Assembly: GCF_004010195.1 (NCBI RefSeq)
Contig: NC_057720.1
Span: forward strand, 23,422,560-23,486,559
Length of the DNA stretch: 64,000 bases
From: Chiloscyllium plagiosum
Lineage: Eukaryota
Direction of reading: 5' to 3'
The position numbers and the translations under genes were made by a program. Below the pieces are notes generated by a model, which worked only from the letters and a program-made list of their open reading frames with translations, was not told the DNA's origin and made no database searches. Of the stretch, positions 52,795-64,000 are shown piece by piece (position 1 is the stretch's first letter; every line of letters begins with the position of its first letter).

Positions 52795-53027
52795 CCCTAG
52801 TGTTATTATGTCTCCACTATTAATCCAGACTCCAAGGTAATATTCTGGGGACCTGGGTTCGAATCCCACATGGCAGACAGTGGAATCTGAATTCAATAAA
52901 TAATCTGGAATTAAAAGTCTAATGATGACCACAAAAAGTTGTTGATAGTTAGGAAATGTCCATTTGGTTTGATAATGTCCTGCAAGGAAGGAAACTGCTC
53001 TGCTCTGGCCAATATGTGACTCCAGAA
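52795..53027 (+). mobile_element. 5' half of an old SINE split by the LTR element (3' half at 59352-59460)
   Basis: B box gggttcgaatccc. ...atgtgactccaga resumes at 59352 as agacctaccgcaatgtggttgactctta. An uninterrupted relative lies at ~23660-23710 (catgtgactccaaatccacaacaacatggttgattcttaac). Confidence 0.75.
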
Positions 53028-53292
53028 TGTGACAATACTATAGCTTTCAGAGGTATATTTTGTCATTTTTTTTATGAAGAGAGATTGAGATAGGGGTTGC
53101 AAACAGTCTGTTTTAAGCCAATAAAGTAAACAGCTTGTGAGGCCTTGAGTTTTTTTCAAAGTTGTAACAATAGAAGCCAAATGAACGGGTGGGGTCAAGC
53201 TCCCACTGAACCAGAATTTTGGTTTAACTTTCACTAGTTTTTGGAGTTAGGCAGGTGCTATACATCTCTCCCAGCTACAACAAAATGCTTGA

Positions 53293-53328
<36 letters not shown>

Positions 53329-54083
53329 ACACATACACACACACACACACACAGTTTTCTCTTGATGTTCTCCCTCCTGGGCTGGATAATTGAATGTGAG
53401 ACAATCTATTTTTATTGCATTTTCCTTTGTCAAGGATGTGTTTATGATATGTTATATCTTGGAACAGATAATCAGTAATAGTTAACATTTGTATTATCTT
53501 GTTAAATATTTCACATTCTCCCTGTGTCTGTGTCTGGTTTCCTCTGGGTGCAGGTTAGGTGGATTGGTCATACTAAATTGTTCATAGGCAGACAGATGTG
53601 GGAAAATAGGATAAGCCAGCGAGTTTTGATGAAGTGGTAAAGGAAAGCACAGTGGAAGCTAAAAAGCTGCAAGAGAATGTACAACCTGATCAGAATTTGG
53701 TTGAGAAGATGGTGCCAGATTTCTTTAAAGAATTACTTGCGCAGATAAAATTTGATCATATTTACAGATTAGGTGAATTGGTCATGGAAAATGCAAGGTT
53801 GCAGGGATAAGGTAAGGGTGTGAGTCTGAGGAGATGCTCTTCAGAGGGTCAGAGATTCTATTCTTATAGACTTATAGTTAAGCTAATTCATTTTTTTAAT
53901 TCATACTTTGTCTGTATTTTAACTGTAGTATAAGAATAAAGTGTGTTTTGCTTCAAGCCTGGTGATGTGACCTATTGAATTCGATTCAAAATGACTTACT
54001 CCTACCTGTAAAATATAAGAAAAAGTTAGGGTCTAGATTATCCCCATAATATATTTTGAAGGGATTTGGTCTGATCCATTACA
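53028..54083 (+). repeat. 5' LTR, expanded by a (CA)n tract and a SINE composite
   Basis: Colinear with the 3' LTR except for (CA)n at 53293-53352 and an insert at ~53511-53870. Confidence 0.85.
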
Positions 54084-54086
54084 AAC

Positions 54087-54105
54087 TGGGGGCTCTTATC
54101 AGGAT
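54087..54105 (+). promoter_or_regulatory. Primer-binding site, tRNA-Pro type
   Basis: tgggggctcttatcaggat, starting after a 3-nt spacer behind the LTR, versus canonical tRNA-Pro PBS TGGGGGCTCGTCCGGGAT. Confidence 0.75.
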
Positions 54106-54564
54106 AAAAAGCTTTAATTACTGGTTGGGTTTTGGATTGTTGGACTCAAAGACAGTGAATGGTTCTCTTTTCAGATATCATGTTCAGTTGGTAAATAGTC
54201 TGTGCCTTTTGTAGCAATGGCTCTTTCAATCATTAAGAGTTTCCTTGGGGGTGGAAGAAGTCACTTCAGGCGTTTTGCAGGAAGTGAGTAAGACAAGCTG
54301 GAGTAGCAGTTGTCTTTGTCTGTGCAAAATGGGGAAGTAATTTCAGCAATAGCTCAACATTTATGATTGCCAGGAATGCCATCAAAATCTTTAGAAATAG
54401 CTAAAATTCAATTGCAAATGAAACAGCTTGAAATAGATGCAAAAGAAAAAGAAAGAGAAAAAGAAATGAGTAGTTTGAATTACAATTGAAAACAGAGGGA
54501 AAAGAAAAGGAAAGGAAGCCACTAGCAGAAGAAAGGGGTGAAAGACAGAGTTTCTGAACTTCAG

Positions 54565-54897
54565 AGATTAGATCAAATTCCCTACAGTATGGAAACAGGC
54601 CCTTCGGCCCAACAAATCCACACTGACCATTCGAAGACTAACCCACCCAGACCCATTCCCTACCCTATACTTACCCCTGGCTAATGCACCTAACACTATT
54701 GGCAATTTATCATGGTCAATTCACTGGACCTACACATCTTTGGATTGTGGGAGGAAACCAGAGCACCCAGAGGAAACCCACGCAGACACGGGGAGAATGT
54801 GCAAACTTCACATAGACAGTCGCCCAAGGCTGGAATCAAACCCAGGCCCCTGGTGATGTGAGGCAGCAGTGGTAGCCACAGAGCCACCGTACCACCC
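54565..54897 (-). mobile_element. HE1-type SINE inserted in gag
   Basis: Reverse complement of a full HE1 head (tgtgaggcagcagtggtagccacagagccaccgtaccacc) and body. Confidence 0.9.
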
Positions 54898-56043
54898 TAC
54901 TGGAGATTGGAAATGACAGCTCAAAGTTGACTTAAAATGGCACAAGTAGAGACGAAAGGTGGAAGTAGTGCTGAGACCAGTGAAGGACAGCTATCCCATC
55001 ATAGCCAAAGTCCGGGTGGGGATCTATTTAAGTATGTCCAGGCGTGACCTAAGTTCGACAAGAAGGATGTAGAAGCCACTTTCATTTCATTTGAGGAACT
55101 GATTAAAGAAATAAAATGGCTGCAGACCATGTCGGCACTGTGGATCCAAACAAAGTTGGTAGGTAGAGAGTGAGAGATTTGCATCACTATCAAAGAAGGT
55201 ATATGGGGATATGATGAGGTGAAAAAAGCCATCTTGAGTGCAAATGAACTAGTGCCAGAATCCTACAGATAATGTTTCAGGAATCTAAGGAGGGAACTTG
55301 GTCAAACTTACAAAGGATCAAACCAAGTAATTTTAATAGTTGAAAAAGGGCTTTGAAAATAAACCAGACATATGACACTCTTAGAGAGATGATTATTTTG
55401 TAGGAGTTCAAAAATTGACTACCTGAAGTAATGAGAACTCGTGGAAAAACAGAGAGTCAAAACTGCAATGTTAGCAGCAGAATTAGCGGATGATTATGAG
55501 TTGGTTCATAACTCAAAGTCTGGCTTTCAAAATCAATTAGGGATAGAAATTGGGGAAAGGGGAAATCCTCAGGAAACAAGGGAAAAGGATATCTCATTGA
55601 AGATAGTAAAGATAGGTTACCACAGTTTAGAAAGGGAACCCATAAGGGGGAAAGAGAGGTAAAAAAGCGCAGGTGTTTTCACTGCAATAAAGTAGGCCAC
55701 ATGAAGTCATAGTGTTGGTTGTTTAGAAAAAGCACTGGAAAACAGGATAAGCCAAGTAGTAAAGGAAAGCACAGTGGAAAATAGAAAGCCGTGAAAGAAT
55801 GTACAACCTGATCAGAGGTTGGTTGAGAAGAAAGTGCCAGATTTATTTAAAGAATTTACTTGCGTGGGTGAGGTTTGCTCATACATGCCAGGAGGAGCAG
55901 GTAAAGAAATTAAAGGGAGTAAGTCAATCTTTGATAGTGAGAGATGAGGAGACATGTAATTCAGAAGGAGCATTGCCAGAAAAGATGATAAGCCTAGTTA
56001 AGAGTGAATTCACAAAAGCCCAAGTCGTGATCCTGGGCCATAT

Positions 56044-56327
56044 GGGGTGGCACGGTGGCTCAGTGGTTAGCACTGCTGCCTCACAGCACCAGGGTCTCAG
56101 GTTCGATTCCAGCCTTGGGCGAATGTCTGTGTGGAGTTTGTACATTCTCCCTGTGTCTGCGTGGGTTTCCTCCCACAGTCCAAAGATGTGCAGGTCAGGT
56201 GAATTGAGCATTCTAAATTGCCCATAGTGTTAGGGAAATGGGTCTGGGTGGGTTACTCTTCGGAGGGTCGGTGTGGACTTGTTGGGCCAAAGGGCCTGTT
56301 TCCACACTGTAGGGAATTTAATCTAAT
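56044..56327 (+). mobile_element. HE1-type SINE inserted in the RT remnant
   Basis: ggcacggtggctcagtggttagcactgctgcctcacagc head, B box ggttcgattcc. Confidence 0.92.
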
Positions 56328-56560
56328 GTCATTGAACATGGACAGAGGACACCATGGGATATGAAAACAAAGGTTATTGGGCAGTTTCCCTTGACATCGA
56401 TGAAGAGAGAAATACTACAATTCCTGAGACTAAGTGCTGAATTTTAACAGATTTATTGAAAAAGTGCAGAAAATTCCAGTGGGTGGATGTCAGACAGCAT
56501 TTGACAGCCTGAAAGCTTTGTTAACCATTGCCCCAGTGTTCGTTACACCTAATTACACAA

Positions 56561-57477
56561 GCTATGAAGCTGGGTGGCAGGGTGAAATGTGAGGAGGATG
56601 TCATGACAATACAGCATGACTTGGACAGGCTAGGTGAGTGGACGGATGCATGGCAGATGCAGATTGATGTAGATAAATGTGTGGTTATCCACTTTGGTGG
56701 CAAAAACAGGAAGGCAGAATACTGTCTAAATGGAGTCAAGTTAGGTAAAGGAGAAGTACAACGAGATCTAGGTGTTCTTGTACATCAGTCAATGAAAACA
56801 AGCATACAGGTGCAGCAGGCAGTGAACAAAGCTAATGGAATACTGGCCTTCATAATAGGAGGAATTGAGTACAGGAGCAAAGAGGTCCTTCTGCAACTGT
56901 ACAGGGCCCTGGTGAGACCGCATCTGAAGTATTGTGTGAAGTTTTGGTCTCCAAATTTGAGGAAGGACATTCTGACTACTGAGGGAGTGCAGCGTAGGTT
57001 CACAAGGTCAATTCCTAGAATGGCGGGACTATCATATGTTGAAAGATTGGAGTGACTGGGCTTGTATACACTTGAGTTTAGAAGGATGAGAGGGGATCTG
57101 ATTGAGATGTATAAGGTTATTAAAGGATTGGACACTCTGGAGGCAGGAAGCATGTTTTGGCTGAGTCCAGAACCAGAGAGGACAGTTTAAAAATAAGGGG
57201 TAGGCCATTTAGAACAGAGTTGAGGAGAAACTTCTTCACCCAGAGAGTGGTAGATATATGGAATGCTCTGCCCCAGAAGGCAGTGGAGACTAAGTCTCTG
57301 GATACTTTCAAGAAAGGGATGGATAGAGCTCTTAAAAATAGTGGAATTAAAGGTTATGGGGATAAGGCAGGAACAGGATACTGATTGTTGATGATCAGCC
57401 ATGATCATAATGAATAGTGGCGCTGGCTCGAAGGACTGAATGGCCTACTCCTGCATCTATCATCTATTGTCTATTGT
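56561..57477 (+). mobile_element. 5'-truncated CR1 LINE inserted in the RT/RNase H region
   Basis: ORF2 C-terminus in ORFs 56528 and 57157, (ctattgt)n tail, 12-bp direct repeat ctaattacacaa at 56549-56560 and 57478-57489. Confidence 0.9.
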
Positions 57478-57810
57478 CTAATTACACAAAGCCATTGATG
57501 CGAGTTATGTAGGTGTCAGTACTGTACTCTGGCAGGAAGACAACTAGAAGATAGAAAGACTTATTGGGTGTTTTCCCAGAAAATTGAATAATCATTAACA
57601 GAAATATTATATAATTAGGAAGTGTTTAGAAGGATACAGGTCATGCTAAATTGCCCATAGTGTTAGGTGCACTAGTCAGAGGGAAATGGGTATGGGTGGG
57701 TTACTCTTCAGAGGGTTGGTGTGGGTTTATTGGGCCGAAGGGCCTGTTTCTATGCTGTAGGGAATCTAATGTATTCTTTTTTAAAAAAATTAGACTAGAT
57801 TCATTTAGGA

Positions 57811-58227
57811 CAGAGGTGGGGAACCTTTTCATGTTGGAAGGCTGCATTATGTTAGCTGTAATCTAATAAGGCCGCATCCAAGAAACTTCAATTATGTATT
57901 CTTCAAAATTCACATTATTTTGTAAAAATCTAACGAGAGTCGCATTATAACTAAATCATGAGCATAGCAGGTGTCGAAATAGCCCTTATGACTTACCAGT
58001 TTTTCAATTATGGCGATCAGTCTGTGAGGATTATTTTGATGAATTTTCTTTTACTCTCTGGTTTTTTAATACATTCATTTTAAGATTAAAATAAAAATAA
58101 TAAAGGATGAAAAAAAGCATATTAATAAAAAAAATTGGTTCTGCAAAATTTGGATTCATTCAAAAGGCCACTCACAATGGCCTAGAAGGCCGCATGCAGC
58201 CTGAAGGCCGCAGGTTCCCCACCCCTG
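57811..58227. mobile_element. Non-autonomous hAT (Charlie-like) DNA transposon, 417 bp
   Basis: 16-bp TIRs CAGAGGTGGGGAACCT / AGGTTCCCCACCCCTG (1 mismatch). 8-bp TSD atttagga / gtttagga. AT-rich non-coding interior. Confidence 0.88.
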
Positions 58228-58723
58228 GTTTAGGACATCTGATCGGCATGGACAAATTGGACTGGAGGATCTATTTCTGCGCTGTACATCTCTATGGCTC
58301 TATGACTCTAATTGAGAAGGAGAGTTTGGTATTGGCATTCCAGCATTTCAATAGTTACATTGCCAGTAATGTGCCTGAGACAATTGTGTATACTGATCAT
58401 AACTCCTAAAGTTTTTGGAAAGATCTAAGGATATAAATTCCAGGTTCTTTTAATGGAGATTGTTTTTGCAGCCATTCAATTTCAAAATGATACATGTGGC
58501 AGGACGAGAGAACGTAATTCATGGTGTCAAGATGGTGATGAAAGAAGATGAAGATTTTTGGTGGTGGAAGAAATGGATTGAAATGGACTATTGTATTGAA
58601 TGTTGGCATGCTTAAAGTTAATGGTATGTATAAATATTGTTGCATATTAATAGCATAAGCCTAAAGGTGATTAAAAATGAAACCATCTTTGTATATTGAT
58701 GGTTCATTTTTTTAAGGGGGAGG

Positions 58724-59351
58724 TGTGACAATACTATGGCTTTCAGAGGTGTATATTGTCCTGGTTTTTTATGGAGAGAGGTTGAGATAGAGGTGACGAA
58801 TGGTCAGCTTCAAACCAATAAAGTAAATAACTTGTGATTCATTGGGTTTTTAAAAGGATTTGGAATAATAGAAGCAGAATGAATGAGTGGGATCAAGCTC
58901 CCACAGAACCAGGATTTGAATTCAACTTTCAGTCTCTGTTGGGGTTTGGAAGCTGCTGTACATCTCTCCCCATTTTATCTTGATGTTCTGTCTTCCTGAA
59001 CTAGAGAATTACATGTAAAATAATCTATTTTAATGAATTTGCCTCTGCCAAGAGTGTGTTTATGAAATGTTACTATCTTGGGACAGCTAATCAGTCATAG
59101 TTGACAGATACATTACCTTGCTAAATATTTCGATAGAATTATGGTTAAGCTAATGTTGTTTTTTCAAATTCTTCTGTTGTCTGCATTTTTAAAATAGTAT
59201 CAGATTAAAGTATATTTTGCTTCAGGCCTGGTAGTTTGACCAATCGAATTGCATCCAGAACTCCTTATACTTGCCTGTAAAACTAAGAAAAGGTTAGGGG
59301 TCTATGCTATCTTCTTCATATATTTTGAGGGGTTTTGTCTTGTCCATTACA
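58724..59351 (+). repeat. 3' LTR (628 bp)
   Basis: Follows PPT aagggggagg. TG...CA ends. Homologous to the 5' LTR. Confidence 0.88.
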
Positions 59352-60095
59352 AGACCTACCGCAATGTGGTTGACTCTTAGCTGCCCTCTGGGCAATTAGG
59401 GATATACAATAAATGCTCATCCAGTAATCCATGCCCATATTTTCCGAATAAATTAAAAATAGTCAAAAGTGAAGATGTTTGTAGCTATTGAACATTAATC
59501 ATTTCAGCTTCAGGACATCTCTGCAGGAGTTCCTCAGAGTAGATATTTTTGGATCAACCTGTTCATACATGTTAATACACACCTTTCAATCTGGTGAGGC
59601 TGGAACATATGCTAATTGATTCAGAGGTAGGGATACTACCACCATGCCACAAGTTCCTTAGGGTAGTGTCCTATGTCCAAACATCATTAGCTGCTCCATC
59701 AGTGGCAACCCTCCAACACAAGATTGAGGAGTTTGTTGATTGTACACGGTTTAGTTTCATTGCCAGTTCTGCAGTTAATGAAGAGCTCAGTGCTTGCATA
59801 CAACAGCTGAACAATATTCTGGCTTTTGGCTGGCCTGTGGTGAGTAACAGTCATGTTATACAAGTGCCAGGCAATAATGGCCTCCAATATGAGTGTCCCT
59901 AACCACTTCCTCTTGATATTCAACAGTATTATCATCACTGAAATCTCCAACATCTACATCTGGTGGAGTGACAGGGACACACACTGACCAGAAATCTAAG
60001 AGGCCCGGGCAGGTAAATACATATATATGGCAGACCTTGGGTTTTCAGGAGTGTGACTCACTTCCTGACTCCTGGAGCCTTTCTCTATCTACAGT

Positions 60096-60385
60096 GGGCG
60101 GCACGGTGGCACAGTGGTTAGCACTGCTGCCTCACAGCGCCAGAGACCCGGGTTCAATTCCCGACTCAGGCGACTGACTGTGTGGAGTTTGCACATTCTC
60201 CCCGTGTCTGCGTGGGTTTCCTCCGGGTGCTCCCACAGTCACAAAGATATGCGGGTCAGGTGAATTGGCCAGGCTAAATTGCCCGCAGTGTTAGGTTAAA
60301 GGGGTAAATGTAGGGGTATGGGGGGGTTGCGCTTCGGCGGGTCGGTGTGGACTTGTTCCACACTGTAAGTAATCTAAAAAAAAAA
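60096..60385 (+). mobile_element. Young HE1-type SINE
   Basis: CpG-rich gggcggcacggtggcacagtggttagc...gggttcaattcccg head and an A-rich end. Confidence 0.92.
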
Positions 60386-61789
60386 CAAGGTACAAATCAG
60401 GATTGTGATGTGACCATAAGATTGAGGAGCAGAATTATACCATTCGGCATATTGTTTGGGTCATGAAGCATGGCTGAACACCATTCTCTTGTCTTCTCTC
60501 TACAATGTTTTCACTTTGTCAGTCAAATGCCAGTGTGGTTGATGTGCTGGACCAGCTTGGCTAGAGGTGCAGCTAGTTCTGATGCATAAATCTTTAGTAG
60601 TACCGAAAGAATATTGTCAAGGCTCACGGGCATTGCTGTATTCACTGCTCTCAGCCATTTCTTAATTTCATGAAGATGAAATTGAATTGGTAGATGATTG
60701 ATTTCTATTATATTGAGGAGAATGAGAGGGATCATTGGGTCAGTAATTCTGTTTGCTGATAGTCATAAACAAATCTTGTCTTTTGCTCTCACAAATGCTG
60801 TCACATACTGTGCTCCATCATTATTAAGATGGGGATGTTTATCTGGTTGACATTTCATTCTTGATATGCTTGGTATGCTCTTGCCACAATCTTTTACATT
60901 TCTCATTGAATTGGATTTGATAACTTGACTAATCTATCTATCTCTGCACTTGCCTGGATGAGTGCAACCCAAGAACATTCAGGAGGCTTGGCACTCTCAA
61001 GACAAAGCAGCCCACCTGACTGATACCAAAACCATTTTGTATTAAAGATTCACTCCTCCCATCAGTGCACTGTGGCTGCAATTTCATTGCAGGAACTTTG
61101 AGATGCTTTTTTGACTGTGACACTTAAACTGCAACTTATACTGCATTGAAGTAACAGAAGCAAGGAACTATTACTATTTCCAAATTTGCTTCCAAGTCAG
61201 AATAAGTTGGATGTTTTTTGCTGTTTATTACTTGGTCAAGCTCTGGAACACGCTCCTTAGAAGTTCCTTTAGTTACTGTATTCAAGAAAGAAGCTTACTG
61301 CTGCTTTCTCAAAGGCAATTAAGAATACCATCTTGTCAACCTTCCCATACATGAATGGATTTTAAAATATCTTAAAAATAAATATTTGCATTTATATTGC
61401 AATATACTACACCATTAAAATTCAGCAAATCACTTCTCAGTATTACTTTGTACAGAGAATGTGGAAATTGTTTCTAATTATGCAGGTACGATAGCTTCAA
61501 ACAAGCAGGGAGATTAATATTCATTTTCTATAATACATTGTGATACTGCTTCAAAGAAAAATATTAGTTAAGTAGTACTATAGAATTAGGGGAATACAGT
61601 TCAATGATTTGAGTCATCCCTAGCACAAAAGAAGATGGTTATGGTTGTTGAACGTCAATCATTACATTCTAGGATATCTCTGCTGGAGTTCCTCAGAGTA
61701 ATGTCCTTAGCCCAACCATTTTCAGTTGCTTCAATGACTTTTGCTCCACCACAAGGTCTGATGTTCGGCTGTTTGGCAGACTCTATCAA

Positions 61790-62430
61790 CTTGTCAATGA
61801 CCTTTTGAAATTCTACGCAGTCCTCCCCACAGTTTACAATTCTCCCAAACTTTGCATCATTGGTAAATTGTGAAATTGATCCTGCAAACCAAGATATAGA
61901 TTGTTTCTACATGTATATCAGGAAAAGTAAGGTTCTCAAGATTAACCCCTTGGAAACTCCACTACAAACCTTCCTGCAACCTGAAAAAGAAGAATAATCA
62001 TAATTCTCCACTTCCTATCACTCAGCTAATTTTTCACCCACTTTGCAACTGTCCCTTTCATTCCATAACCTACCATTTTCCTCACAGGTCTGTTACCTTG
62101 TGCTATTTTGAATACTTTTTGGAAGTCCATGCAAACTCTGCATCAAATCCTTTCCATCAACAACCCTCATTAGAAAATTCCAGTATGTTAGTTTGACATG
62201 TTTTCTCTTAAGAAGTCCAGGCTGACTTCTGCATCGATCCAATTTTACCATGTGACTCTATCATGGGTAATTGTTTCTCGAAGCTTCCCCCCACCACTGC
62301 AATCAAACTGATTGGTATGTAATTGTTGAGCTGATCTTTACATACTTTTTTTGAATAATGGCATAATTTTTGTAATTCTCCAATTTTCCAGCAACACTGC
62401 TGAATCTGGGTAACATTGAAAGATAATTTC
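61790..62430 (-). mobile_element. Old CR1 RT fragment
   Basis: Parallels 24650-24970 (tttacaattctcccaaactttgcatcatt, ctatcactcagc.aattt). Confidence 0.55.
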
Positions 62431-64000
62431 CAGCTTTTCAGTGCTTCAAAGTTAAGTATTGACAGCGTGCCATAACTTTGAATTGTATCATCATCCCTTC
62501 ACTGTGTCGACATTAGAAATCTGAGAACTTCTTGTCCAAATGTCACTGTGGGTGTACTGACCCAACCCACCTTCTGACTTTCCTGTGGAGTGCAGTGTTA
62601 TAGGAAGGCAGCTCTCCATCAGCTTTTCAAGGGCAATTAGGCACAGGCAGTAAGTAATGGCCTGGCAATCATCCACATACCGTGAACAAATGAAAAACGC
62701 AATTGTCAACATCCAGGTTATAGAAGGAAGGTAGTTTACTTTGTCGAAATATGGCATATTTGCCTTTCCGGGATAACCTGAGTACTACAGGCAAGTGTCA
62801 GTCTAGATTATCTGTTAAAATGCCCATGTAAGGATTGAACATGCAACGTTCTCGTCTCCTGAGAGGGCACGAGCACCAAACAAGCAGACTAAGCAAATCT
62901 TGGACAGATTTCTCACTCAAGGAATTAAATTTATTTTTTCACTTGAACTATCATCAAATGCATCAAAAAAGCAATTGGATAAAGTAATGTCATATTGTTG
63001 GATTGATTGGTTGACGTGGAATGTAAACTGCAGTGGTTGAATGAATATTTGTATTTGAAAAGCAGTGAATATCTTCAGTGCATTACATATCTTCATCCAC
63101 ATGGCAAACCAGCTTCTAGGCTTCATGCATCAGCCAAGGATTTAATATGCTACAGTACGTTACCATTCCCTCAGGGTATATACATCTTAATGGATCAAGT
63201 GACAGAAAACACTCTCTCTTGGCAATGCATTAATGCTGTTTAGTTTCTGAAGGTGGACTGCATGCATTACAGATAAATTCCTACTCCTCCTGTTCTTTAG
63301 ATTTAAATCCTGCCCTGTGGTTACTGAGACTGAGAATGTCTCTTAAATATGAACTGTGAGTTTGAGCTGATGGTTAAGAATCTGGATTATAGAATAAACG
63401 TATTCCTTGGCCTTGTTAGCTACTGAAGCATTGCATTGATCTTAAGATCACATCTTTGTTCAGTCACTTAAGATGCAATCCGTTCAACAGCTGCCAGATC
63501 CATCATTTCCTAAATAGCAAACACATGCAATACTGAATGCCTTATTAAATACTACTCAGTTCTTGTCGCTTTCTCACAGGGAAGGTCTTAAAATAAACTT
63601 CAGGAAACCAGGGTGTGGAAGCAGTCTGGATAGGGCTGAGGAATAATAAAATCAAGAGGTCACCTGTGAGATTTTGTACCAGCCCCTTAATAGTAAACAC
63701 TTATCAGGGCAGGGTATCCAGGAAGAAATAATGGGAGATGGTTGAAAGCATACAGAAATTATTACAAAGGATTTTAACCAACATATCGAGTGGCAAATTC
63801 ACATGGGAAAAAGTAGTCTAAATGAGGAACTCATTCAACATTTAGGGGCAATTTCTTAGACCAGCATGTTAATGCAACCAACCAGAGAGCAGGCTATACT
63901 GAACCTGGTTTTGAACAATCAGGTAGGATTAATTATTGACCTCAAAGTAAAAGTGCCTTTGGTAGCAGTGACCATACTTTTATCACAACCCTTTATGATT

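Larger units (their letters stand above)
53028..59351 (+). mobile_element. Decayed Gmr1-like Gypsy LTR retrotransposon with both LTRs
   Basis: LTRs at 53028-54083 and 58724-59351, both TGTGACAATACTA...CCATTACA. PBS 54087-54105, PPT 58714-58723, TSD agaa/agac. Gag PKFDKKDVEATFISFE and YDEVKKAILSANELVPESYR*CFR, knuckle CFHCNKVGHMKS*C. RNase H IDASYVGV...IEKE...YTDHN...HVAGRENVI. Confidence 0.88.

Noticed and set aside
53258..53488. ORF with a CVCVCV repeat
   Set aside because: It is the translation of a (TG)n microsatellite inside the LTR.
60096..60170. tRNA genes at SINE heads
   Set aside because: The A and B boxes continue into the HE1 body and CR1-like tail. There is no complete cloverleaf.
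43358..64000. PLPPR5 first coding exon or promoter
   Set aside because: No ORF resembling the N-terminus (...YFEYTDTF...GFFC) and no CpG island. It probably lies beyond the window.

Overview
This is AT-rich, CpG-depleted vertebrate genomic DNA. The repeat families (HE1-type SINEs, HER1/CR1 LINEs, abundant Penelope-like elements) point to a cartilaginous fish, probably a shark (inference). The only host gene is PLPPR5 (LPPR5/PRG-5, a catalytically degenerate lipid-phosphatase-related protein) on the minus strand. Three in-phase internal exons are visible: 43357-43225, 27491-27238 and 22293-22117. I did not find the first or the terminal exons, so the rest of the window is probably intronic. 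It is packed with transposon relics: CR1, Rex1/Babar, Penelope (GIY-YIG), Gypsy, Harbinger-like, a hAT MITE and SINEs. Highlights: (1) about a dozen short Penelope-derived insertions, most bounded by TSDs, carry hammerhead-ribozyme-like cores, and their 5' ends or inversion points fall right at that core; (2) a Penelope-tail/tRNA-Phe-plus-trailer chimera is flanked by a 9-bp direct repeat; (3) a decayed two-LTR Gmr1-like retrotransposon (SCAN-like gag, tRNA-Pro PBS, RNase H last) sits at the centre of a five-layer nest of insertions. There is one 105-N assembly gap. Family names come from recalled consensus motifs, not from database searches.
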